Positions 53,001 through 64,000 of a stretch of 64,000 bases of DNA are shown here, one piece after another; position 1 is the first letter of the stretch; each line of letters starts with the position of its first letter. Origin of the DNA: Paramecium tetraurelia (Eukaryota); assembly GCA_000165425.1 (NCBI GenBank), contig CT868219.1, positions 4,728 through 68,727 on the forward strand, given 5' to 3'. A program made the position numbers and the translations under genes. The notes under the pieces were generated by a model. The model was not told the origin of the DNA. It searched no databases and was given only the letters and a program-made list of their open reading frames with translations.

Positions 53001-54357
53001 GTTTTCAAGAGCAAAATTAGGTCTTTATGTATTCGGTTATTTTGATTATTATTCAAGATAGAGTACTTTATATGATTCTTTTTTTTCTAAATTTATAACT
53101 TAGCTATATGATGAAGACTACCTCACACATTTTATCCCTCTGAAATGTCATATTCATGGTACAGTAAAGTAGATATAGCAATCAAGCTACTTCTTAAATA
53201 TTAATGGAGGCTGCTTTTGTAATAATCACACTTGCAAGAAATAATATCTTCCAGGAACTCAAAATCAAAATGATTGCCAAGAAATGTGTGAAAAAATACT
53301 TAAATGCAGACATAAATGTTAATAAAGGTGCCAAGCTTAGTGTATCTGCACTTTTACTTACTATGAAATTTTACCTGAATGTAATCATACGGTTTTAATT
53401 CAATGCGGATAAGATCTCGCCGATGTGATTTGCTAAGAGGATGTAGAAATATATTTTCATTCATCATGTAAGCACACAAATAAATTCAAATGTTATGAAA
53501 TAAATAGCGCTTATTAGGAATGTTAACATAATTGTGATAAGGTTCTTCCGTGTGGCCATACTTGTAAGAAAAAATGCAGGGAACGTTGTTATCCTTGTGA
53601 GTAGAAATGTATAAAAAGTATGACTTGTGGACATAGGGATTAATGTAAAAATTTATGCTATCAAAAATGTTCTCCTTGCGCTTATAATATTACCATTTAA
53701 CTTCATTGTGGAATGCATAGTATTTAAAAGAAATGCTTTGAAATAAAAAATCATATAATTAATGATCTAAAAATGCCCCCTACCTTTCTAAATTCTAGGA
53801 TTGGCATGGAATTGGTATTTCGAATCTCAGAAAATTTAGCTAAAGGCCTGATAAAAGATGTTAAGAATTTTCAATAAATACAAGACTTTTAATGCAAATA
53901 TCCTTGTTCAAGACCTAGGAAATGTGGTCATCAGTTTTAATGCAATAATTATTGTTATTAGGAATGTACTCCATGTGAGTATGAGATTCTTCTCACTTTA
54001 AAATGTGGTCATCAATATTAATATTAGTGTGAAGATGTAAAAGTTGCCTTGAAAGAACTGCTACCAATTGAAGAGTATGAAAATTTATGTTAAAGTGAGC
54101 ATGAAAAAATATTGTAACTCTTTGAAAACTGTATTTAATGCTCAAAACCATGTGATAAAATAAGAGCATGCGAACATTATTTTCCGTGTTCTAATTCCTG
54201 TTCCTAACCTTGTATTCCTTGTTAAGTTGAAATAACAATAACCTTACCTTGTGGTCATTTAAGGCTTGTTAAATGTCATACAGTATAAACTTCATCTACA
54301 GGCATAGTAAAATATGATGATGAATAAGCTTGCGAAAATTGTTCTATTATTTATTGA
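50018..54357 (+). CDS. ZNFX1: ZNFX1-like UPF1/SF1 RNA helicase with NF-X1-type zinc fingers
   Basis: YLDYLFNFLREDY, IQGLPGTGKT, IVCQNNHTLD, VRLGG, VEEAEQ, GDYFQL, QRRM, DDYLGQENDIVIISLV, FSRAK, then repeated C-GH-C-C fingers. Confidence 0.85.
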
Positions 54358-54617
54358 TTTTGGTATTATTAATGATTTTATTACAAATAATTTAATAATA
54401 TCAATAAAATAAGTATGATTAGTTGAAATTAAGAATAAATATAGATTTTAATTTCTTTCTTAATTCTCTAATTCATTCAAAGGACTTAAGATTGATGAGC
54501 GCTTCTGAATGCACGATGTAATTTACTATTAATTATTATATGTTAATTTGATTTGAGTTTCTTATTTTGTGATGAAAATTAAATAAATAAATAATTAGCA
54601 TCTATAGTTGTATACTA

Positions 54618-55858
54618 ATGATTGCTACTGAAATTTTATCTGATAAGGTATGAAATATGTTAATATCATCTTAGCCAGAAGACTAATATTAGAGACTAGA
54701 GAAAGCTGTAAATTTAATTGATGTATAATATATTAGATGATTGAATTGTTCAAATATGATAATTTGCTAAATAACGAGTACTTGGTCAGAAAATTCGAGA
54801 CTGATATAATGAAACCAGAGTGGTATTTGCTACAATATGTCGTGGTGTAGAGAGAAAATTCGATAAAAAGCTAATATGTCTAAAACGAATTAAACACTCG
54901 TAAAAAATATCATTTGATCTTAACTGATGTAAAGAATATATTTCCAAACTTAGATTCTGAACAAATACAACAAATAATTATGGAATTTTGATCATCAAAT
55001 GTTAATCATACGTCCTTATTTCCCAACAGAGAGAAAGAGAATATAAATTAAAATACCAGCTATTTCAGTGTCAATAATTAAGGACACATTGTAAAAGTCT
55101 GGCTTTGTAAAAGAGGAATTAGTGTATGAGGAAGAAATTTATTAAGCTGACAAAACATATGTTAAGCTAATATTAACATCTTAAACAGAAGGTTATGCAG
55201 TTGAGATATTTGATTTTCTAATGTCTAAGAAGGTAGAACTTCAAATTGATTCTGTAATTATGTAAAATGTTGATTATTTGGATGAATTTCATAAATAAAT
55301 AAATTCAAAAAAATGTCAAATGATGACTAAGAAAATAGAATAATAAGAATATGATCCACAAGAATATAAACGAAATGATTAACATGATGAATAAGAAAAA
55401 GATCATCATTACTAAAAGTCTAGAGCTAGAGGTAATAGAGGAAGAGGAAATTATGGATATTATAGAAATGACAAAGATGATGATAGACATGAAGAGAAGT
55501 ATCAGAATAAGGATAAGGGAGATAGACAAGATAGAGGAGATAGATAGGATAGAGGAGATAGATAAGATAGAGGTGATAGAAATGAAAGACATGATAGAAA
55601 TGATAGAGGAGGAAGAACTCATGATAGAAGAGGAGGATAAAGAGATCGAGGAAATAATGTATTAATTTTTAACTATTATTTAAGTAATATGTGTAAAAAA
55701 GTGATGTTCAACATTAACAATAATAACAATCACAGTAACAATAACAATATCAATTGATTCCTAAAGCAGTATTATAAAAGACTCCAAAATAAAACATCAA
55801 GCCAAACACATTGAATGCTCATGATTTCCCTGCCCTAGATTCTGAATAAAAGAGTTGA
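54618..55858 (+). CDS. La-related (LARP4-like) RNA-binding protein with RG/RD-rich tail
   Basis: LFKYDNLLNNEYLVRKF resembles the La motif; IIRPYFPTERKRIQIKI resembles the LaM-RRM linker; DRQDRG repeats; ends DFPALDSEQKS-TGA. Confidence 0.55.
55521..55574 (+). repeat. Three tandem 18-nt repeats encoding DRQDRG
   Basis: GATAGA-CAA-GATAGAGGA / GATAGA-TAG-GATAGAGGA / GATAGA-TAA-GATAGAGGT. Confidence 0.9.
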
Positions 55859-56168
55859 GTTATACGAGTAATAGCTCTATAGAATTATTTAAGTATTAAA
55901 CTTCCCTTTAGTATATTATCGAATTAATTTCTAATATATTCAATATATTATACAATCCATATACATAGAAATCTCAAAAATTAATTATTCATCGCCTTTT
56001 ATTCAATGCTGAAAATGAATTAAATTGGCTTTTAATATAATTCCATTAATAATGTTTGCAACAAATTAAAATATGTTATATATTGTATAAACCATAATTC
56101 CAAAAATAAAATGTTAAGGATATTGAAAACATAAATAACTTAGATATTATACTAATATTAATGTATTC

Positions 56169-56780
56169 TCATGCACCAATTGCCAATCTATTCTTAGCTA
56201 CTTATTTTCTTGATTAACGAGCAACAACCTTATTATTTGCTTCCTTCTTGACATTCTCATCTTTTTCAGCAGCCCATATTTCAACGTGTGCATTTGATGA
56301 TAAGAATGCTATATATTATTAATTAAATTTATTTACGATTAATTCTTCCGTGAGCTCTGTATGTTCTACGTCTACCCTTTTAGGCTCTGTTAACTTAGAC
56401 ATGATTGATGATAAGTTTCTCATTGCTCAAATTCTTGACTTAAGCATTAGCTGCCAAATTTTGTAAAAGTGACAATACAATTCTGACACTCTTTTCTGGC
56501 CATCTACCTATAATATTAATTGTTTTATTAATTTACCTTAAGATCTGCCGAATTCCTTGGCTTAACTTGTTCTGCCAACACCTCCATTAAATCTGGTGAA
56601 TGGAACACATCTCTTATGTTATAAGACATCTTGTAAATATTTGAGTGCTTAAGCAACAGTTTATCCCTTCAATGCTCTAGCTACTTCATAGGTATTCTTA
56701 AAATGTGTTCTCAAATCACTTGCTTTAGCCTTGGCTGATTTTTTAGCAACTGCTGGTTCTCTAGCATATTGTTTGCCCAT
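56169..56780 (-). CDS. RPL17: 60S ribosomal protein L17 (uL22)
   Basis: MGKQYAREP...[10 protein letters not shown]...[13 protein letters not shown]...GRWPEKS...[12 protein letters not shown]; two tiny introns. Confidence 0.98.
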
Positions 56781-56991
56781 TGAATCCTTTTAATTAATTT
56801 AATTTTTTTTTCAAATTCCGAATCAATAAGATAATAACAACAGAGAAATTAACAAGTGTGAGCATTTTCCTATTATGTTTAATCTCAGATGACGAGCAAA
56901 ACTTCTTCTCAACTTGGAATCTCTGGTGAAAGAAAATCAATTTTTGTATATAAGAATAGGTTCATAATAGTTTTAAAACAATAAATGCATT

Positions 56992-57971
56992 TCATTTTTT
57001 ACTTTTTTATTTTTATTTGTTTTTTTACATCTTCTCAAATGATTCATTTTAATTATTGCTGCAATAAGTATCAAAGTTTTATGAATGCTGAACACTTTAT
57101 TAGTTTTTATCAGTCAGTATAAAACTTGTCTGGCATCCAATATTGAATTCATTTTACTCTTCCTTCATCAATTTAGTTCTTAATCCTTTATTCTCTACGT
57201 AATCAATAAATGAATTATTATTCTTTGTATCACTTCTCTAAAATCTATTTAGTTATTATTCAGATCTTTAAACAGAATTACTACCCATAATAGATCTTTA
57301 TTAAGAATAACTTTTTTAACTCATTCTACTATTTGTTTTTGAGATTAATGGCAACATTATGCTATTATCAGAGGAAGTAGCAAACTAGCAGAATCTGTTA
57401 TTCAATGATTACTCCTTTTATTTTGCCCTAAAATAAGCTCTAAATAATACAGAGTGATTTCTCCTAATAATTATTATTCATATCTCTTGTAATTATTGAT
57501 CTCCATTACTTTCTTATGAACTATTAATTTATTCAATTCCATTTCCTACACTTATCGTTACCTAATTTCATTGATCTTTTTTTCATAGAACTCTGCCTTC
57601 CTCCTTAAGACTTAAGAATCTTGATCTTCAATTTATTTAACCTTGATTTTTTTCTGTTAAATTTCAGCATTTCTTGAGTTTTGCAAATATGATTCTGTTT
57701 TTAATCGTTCATTTCTAACATATACTCCTTCCTTCTCAATAATAGGTTTGAATTACTCCATTATTTGCTTTCTATCCAAACCCAATTATTCTTGTAATTA
57801 TGCAATAGGCGACTTTTTAGCATCAGGAGATAATTATCTCAAATCTTTTAATTTCTATTATATAATGAAGTTCTTCTGATCGATGTCCTTTAATTAAAAT
57901 TTAAGTGAGTTGACCCTTTTTTTTATTTAATCATGTTCTAAGTTTACTTACACAAAACTTTATTAATTCAT
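56992..57971 (-). CDS. Uncharacterised coiled-coil protein
   Basis: ATG 57971; Q/E/K-rich table-6 reading frame ending at TGA 56994-56992. Confidence 0.6.
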
Positions 57972-58059
57972 TTTAAAATTAAATAATCAATACATAATTT
58001 TTATTAATAAATCCAATAATCACCCATTATTGATAAATTTAATAATCTAAGTAAAACCC

Positions 58060-60237
58060 TCAACTATCTTCTCTTATAAAAATAAATAGACAAAATAAAG
58101 CATTCTTCGCTACTATAATTGAATTGGAAACTAAGAGTCAATCATTAAGGTTAACTAGGAACTTGAATTAAAATAAAAGATAATTTATATAAAGTATATT
58201 TGATCAAATAAATTATCCTTTCTTTCTTTTCTAAAATTTTAAAAAATTATTAAGCAATTTTTCATCCTAATTTAAAACAGGTTAAGTCTCGATTTAAGAG
58301 TACTCTTATTTTTTTAGCAAATACTTATTTGAAATAAAATCTTTTAGATTTTAATTTTAATCCCCTAAGTTTATTCCTTTTTTGCTTAAATTTGTTTATA
58401 AATTCATAAATTTACTATCATTACTATTTCCTCTTATCTATAAACATCCTTGACCATTAGCTATATTATTTATTTTATCATAATCTCGATCAAATTTTAC
58501 CACATGATAACCCATCTCATAACAAATCTTTTAAATATCTTTTTATTATATGTTTTCTTTCATATCCCTTAACTATAATGACATTATAGTCACGCTTTTA
58601 TCCTCCATCGATGACTTAGGCCTAGGTGGATGTATGATTTGAGGACTTGATGATTTTTAAGGATAATTTTTCATTCTTTCTCTGACATCAGACGTATTTA
58701 TTCTATTATTTTCATGTTTCTTTATATCATTACTATTTATAGTCTCGGTTTTATTTAATCTCCGAAGTTCTTAAATGTCGTTGTCATCTTATTTTACTTA
58801 TCTTGTTTATGAATTATGTTAAGTTTTTGTTTGTTTTTCTTGAGATTATGCTTAAACCATTCTATTTTTATCTTGAGTTGAACATTTTAAGGTTTCCTTT
58901 ATTTTTTTATTTGTGTATTACATGCAATGAAAATTTTTCATTAATCTATTAAAATCATAATCATTTTGCTGATTAAGGATTTTAGCATTATTTTCTACTC
59001 CTTAATTAAAAGAGTTATTTCTTTGATTCAAATTAAATTTCCTAACTTCGCTAATTGATGTTTGATAATTTGCAGCTACATCATTCTTCAATTGTTGCTA
59101 TTAGATTTCTAAGTTAAATGATATTGCATTATTCGAAATGGATCTTGGTCGATTCAATTTAGCTTTCTCATAGTTATTTTGATTAATTATCATTTTTCTC
59201 TAATCCTAATAAAGCATTATTCAGTTAAATTTATCATTAAAATATATATTTTATTTTAAAGAAATGGCGATTGATTATTATTTACAAAAAGACTTGATAC
59301 TTTAATCACCTAAGAATAAAAAGGCTAAATATTGGAGATTATATAGAATTCAAATTGAAATCTCTTATATCTCATATATGATCTTATATATTATAGCATA
59401 TAGTAAATAAAGAGAAAAAAGTATAATCAACATTATCTTTGGTTAATAAGTTGGATATTGTAAAAATAAAAAAATAGAATGTTATTCATAAATGGATGAC
59501 TTGATGGAATATTTCCCCTTCATTTTTTATTTTGCCATCTTTTAATAAGAGTGTAATAGATTTTCTATTTATACAATTTAGAATTACTTGATGTCTTATG
59601 GTTCAATATTATTCAAGGCCTTAAAATGATCTACAATTTCATTTAAGCTTTTCCCTTATTTTAAGTTTTAACCCAAAAATGTTAGAATCTAAATTATAAT
59701 TTTATTTATTACATCTTCATTCAAATTGGAAACTTCAATTAGAATTTATTCATCTTCTTCGTTCTCTGCTCTTGGATGGATCTACATTTTCTATCCTTCC
59801 TATAATCTTGCCCAAGCAAGGATTTTTATGATTTAATAGGTTATCATAGCAGATTAATTCACTTGTTGTATAGTCTGTATGTCAAAGAAAACCTCGTGTT
59901 TAAATACTCTAGTTTTTAAAATAAAGTTATAGTAGTGTAAATTGGAATGGTCCGAATTGATTCTATTAAATAAATTTTGGTCGAATTCCTATATTAAATT
60001 CATGCTAAGACTAAGATATCCTGTATCATCATTAATAATAATTGTTCCTTTTTTTTATTATTGAATACAATTAGATTTACGAGTTATTAGATTAATGTAA
60101 GTAATGGTGATTTTCTCTAAAACAGCCTATTTTTCACAAGTTGAAACCTTAATTTATTTCATCATTCTAATATTGAGAGGAACTATCTGTTCTTATTTAT
60201 TAGAGACATCGATTGTCCCCTTCTATTTAGAGTACAT
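58060..60237 (-). CDS. Uncharacterised Q/N/K-rich protein (3' end uncertain)
   Basis: ATG 60237 (MYSKQKGTIDVSNKQEQIVPL); long low-complexity frame; stop at 58062-58060 or 58144-58142 depending on frame. Confidence 0.5.
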
Positions 60238-60555
60238 ATTCTTTAAAAATTAAAATTATTAAAGCTTTTTATACAAATTTTAATATCATTAAAAATATTG
60301 TCCTTCATCAAAATCAAACCATTGAACTCTAGATTAGCCATTAGTAGAATATTCTTGTATTTTCCAATCTCAAATTTATGAGCGCCAAAAATAGAGACGA
60401 AAGATCACATAAATATTAGGATCGCCTATCAATTTAGATTGGCTTAAGTAGGGAATTTAAGATGGGATGGCTATAAAAATTACAGCATCAATTGTTTTAT
60501 AAAGCAAGAGTTTTTAATATTAAAATTTATATAATATATATAATTAATTATCCTA

Positions 60556-61243
60556 ATGTCTGGAATTTTTGAATATAATGGTGGATCCATAGTTGGAATG
60601 AAGGGAAAAAATTGTATTGCTATGGCTTGCGATAGAAGATTCGGTTAGCAAATGTCAACAATCACAACTAATTATCAAAAAGTGTTTAAGATTCAAGACA
60701 ACATTTTATTAGCATTATCAGGTCTCAATTCAGACATTCACACATTGTAAATAATAGTGTTTAAGTTAGCTACGCTTTGATGGAGAAGGAGATAAACTTA
60801 TATAATTTAAAAGAAAATAGAAAAATGAAACCATCTACATTTGCAAATTTAGTTGCATCTTCATTATATGAAAGAAGGTATACATGTTCAATAACATTTC
60901 AGATTTGGACCATTCTTTGTAACTCCAATAGTGGCTGGCCTTGAAAACGGTAAACCCATTTTAGCAACATACGATTCTATTGGATGCAAATCCGATTTGG
61001 ACGACTTTTAGGTTGGAGGAACTGGAGGAAATTAGTATAAAATTTATAATTATATTTAGTATTTATGGTGCATGTGAGGCCTTCTTCAAGCCAGATTTGA
61101 GTCCAGAAGAATTGGAAGAAGTTATTGGACAAAGTTTAGTGAGTGGTTGTGATAGGGATTCCTTATCTGGATGGGGAGGAGTAGTATACGTATTGACTGA
61201 GCAAAAGTTAACAGTGAAAATATTAAAGACCAAGCAAACCTGA
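60556..61243 (+). CDS. PSMB3: Proteasome subunit beta type-3
   Basis: [30 protein letters not shown]...LYERRFGPFF...DSIGC...LYGACE...[13 protein letters not shown]; three tiny introns. Confidence 0.97.
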
Positions 61244-61375
61244 TGATTTATCATTGAATAATATTAATTATAGTGTAATATCAAGCCTCTAAATGTCTCT
61301 AGAGTCGTTGAATGATAGGCATTAATTTCAATTAATAATAATAATAATTATTTACTAAACACAAAAATAAGCCTT

Positions 61376-64000
61376 TCATTTAATATCTATAATCTAATCC
61401 AATCCCAAATATGAATCTGACATCAAATACAACCTGTAATTTCTATTCCAATCTTCTACTTCAATATCCTTGCTGGCGGTGCTTCTCAAGTACACTTTTT
61501 TCATGGACACAATTCGATCCTCATCTCCAAGGATCAACCACCAAGAAGCTTCTCTTTGTTTACTAAGCTTTTAAATATAAACTTTATTGTCAGGTTTGCT
61601 TTCGTTTTTGAGATTTACTTTCAATTAGTTTTCAGTTTTAGTATAAACTAATTGGATATCAGGTAATGCATTTATGGCTTTCATTATTTCTGCAATATTC
61701 TCTTTTTGATGAACATTATTTTATAGGAAAATATCAAATTCTCTAAGCTAAAAGTATTAAATTAAATAATTACATTAAAAAATTACAGTAATTCCTTGAT
61801 AGTTCTGACTCGATTAATGCATTCCTCTGGTTTGAGTTTGTGCAAATAAGGCAAATTCATTAATACTTATTCTTCATTTTTAACAAAACCCTAAACAATC
61901 GTCTACAACATATAGATAATATTAAGAGTAGTTTAAAGGTAACCCTTATTGGCAGATATTTCAATCATACAACTTATGATTCTGATACATGAGTCTAAAA
62001 TAAGTTTTTGATCTGTCTCAAAATCTTTAATAGGACATTTCAATCTGAAAATATGGGCTTAAATCAATAAGTAAGCCTTTTCATTAGGATTGTCCATTTT
62101 GTTTTTATCACACTTCAATTTGCATAATTTAGATAAGGCTTCATTTAAATGTTCTTCGTTGTGTCTAACAGGTACTTCATTGAATTCACTAGAGTATGCT
62201 AAAGTGTATAATAAATCTTCAAATCGACTCTCCTTCTAAATTCGTTCATCAAAATGTTTTAAAGTTGTGTGTTTGAGATAATAAAAGGCAGCTAACTTGC
62301 CCAAAAATGTTGATTCGTATTATCCATCTTCTTATGTAATACATTTTGATGTTACTAAATCACTAATAGTATTAGCAACTAAGTTATTCATATAGTATTG
62401 TATATCTTTACTATTAGTGCTTGGACAATTGTAGAATGTAGGATTTTTGACTAATCTTCTGAAGAAATATGTCCAAGTAATCCAATCGATAAAAGTTTAG
62501 TTGTTTTTAACCACTCCAGAGGAGATTTCAGCATTAATATGATCTGAAATGCCTTGAAGCAAACTTGACTCGATTGGGAAAGGAGAATTTAGATATTTAC
62601 GATAGAAATTCTTTTTACTTTATTCTACATAGACACAAGCACTAGCAACAGTATCATATTAAGGTCTACCAGCTCTTCCTATCATTTACAATAAATCTGT
62701 AACTGGAAAATCTACATATTTCTTTAATTTTGGATCGAAAAATTCAGTACCTTTTACTATAACTAATCTTGCAGGGAAGTTCACTCCCCAAGCCAAAGTA
62801 GATGTGGCTATTAATAATTGAATTTTCCCTTAAACAAATAGATTTTCAACTATATTTCTATCATTTTTATCAAGTCCAGAATGATGAATTCCAATTCCAT
62901 ATTACAAGACTGATTTTAATTATGTGTCATCAATCTTGGTACACAATTAAGCTAATTCCTACTCAGTGGTTTAGATATACTGCTTTTCATTTCCCTCTTG
63001 CATAGCCAAAGCAATAATATCCAAAGCAGTTAGACGAGTTTGTCTACGAGAGGACACAAAAATGATAGTTGGTTTTCCATCACTATATCTCTTAATATCT
63101 TGATAAGCTGGTTTATTCATAGTAGCCATTCTAGGACAATAGGCTCTTTCTGGAAATCCATTAAAGTGAATGGTGACAGGGACAGGTCTGCATGAGGGTT
63201 TAAAATTATAAAATCTACCCTTCTTGACTCCGAACCAATTACTCACATCTAATCCATTGGCCATTGCTGTTGATAACCCAATCATTCGTGTCTTTTTATT
63301 TGTATCGTAGCTTAATGAATTCATTCTACTTACTATAACCTCTAAGACTTATCCTCTATCTTATCCAAGTAGATGGATTTCATCAAAAATTAACAGACAG
63401 GTCTATCTCACATATTCTCTATTATTCCAACTTCTACTGATACCATCCCATTTTTCTGGAGTTGTTATGAGAACATGAGCCTTCAACAATGCTTGTAAAT
63501 CTGGAGTATAATCTCCTGTTAATTCAAGTACATTTTTATTGATTTCCTTCAATCTCTTGGTCCAATCTTTTAATCTCTCTTTTGCAATTGCCTTCAAAGG
63601 TGCTATGTAAACTACTTTGAATTATGGTGATTATTTAAACACTCTTAACATAGCAAATTCTGCCATTATAGTTTTACCTGAACCTGTAGGTGCTCCAATT
63701 AATATATTATCATCTGTGTTATAGAGTCCAAAGAACACTTGTGTTTAGATAGGGTTAAAGTATTTATACTACTAGTATAATTGTTCAAATTCAGTATTGT
63801 TTAATGCACTGATTGGTAAAGGTTGTAAGTCTAATAACTCAGTAAAATCTATCTAGTCATCTTGCATAAAAGCATTTGATAGATCTATTTAAACTGTAGT
63901 GTAATCCTCATCTAGCATTACCCATCGATCACTTTGAATTGTCAGATAGTAAGCCTTACATTTTGAATTAAATGGAACATAAAAGGAAATTTACATGGTA
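61376..64000 (-). CDS. ASCC3: ASCC3/Slh1 Ski2-like helicase (second helicase cassette and Sec63 domain); 5' part outside the window
   Basis: [92 protein letters not shown]. Confidence 0.93.

Noticed and set aside
55305..55665. Track ORFs MSSSSSIIS... and MIHKNINEM...
   Set aside because: Antisense and out-of-frame readings of the DRQDRG/RG-rich tail of the La-related gene.
1..64000. CRISPR arrays, transposons, telomeric repeats, rRNA, prokaryotic defence systems
   Set aside because: No regularly spaced repeats, transposase or RT motifs, terminal inverted repeats, G3T3/G4T2 tracts or rRNA-like GC-rich segments were seen; the DNA is eukaryotic.

Overview
Very AT-rich, gene-dense eukaryotic DNA that reads as a ciliate macronuclear chromosome segment, most like Paramecium. 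TAA/TAG encode Gln (translation table 6), TGA is the only stop, and genes are split by ~20-30 nt GT..AG introns. The supplied standard-code ORF track is therefore fragmentary and many of its ORFs are spurious. Manual translation supports about 30 protein genes, one tRNA-Val(AAC) and a decayed glucose-6-phosphate isomerase pseudogene. Recognisable genes include FOP/OFD1-like, Kelch-RING, PAS/TM, LITAF, PRPS, FKBP12, three kinases, a DEAH-like/RBR E3, TMEM107, VPS10/sortilin, AIFM3-like, WD40, MetAP1, ZNFX1-like, La-related, RPL17, PSMB3 and ASCC3. The most interesting observations are: (1) a LITAF zinc ribbon fused to a wolframin-like C-terminal domain; (2) a DEAH-like/RBR fusion with no recognisable ATPase motifs; (3) a divergent ZNFX1 helicase; (4) the GPI relic; (5) a cluster of apparent single-base indels in three genes at 34-42 kb. 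No prokaryotic system, CRISPR array, transposon or telomere was seen. All family calls come from motif recognition by eye without database searches, and gene coordinates span introns.
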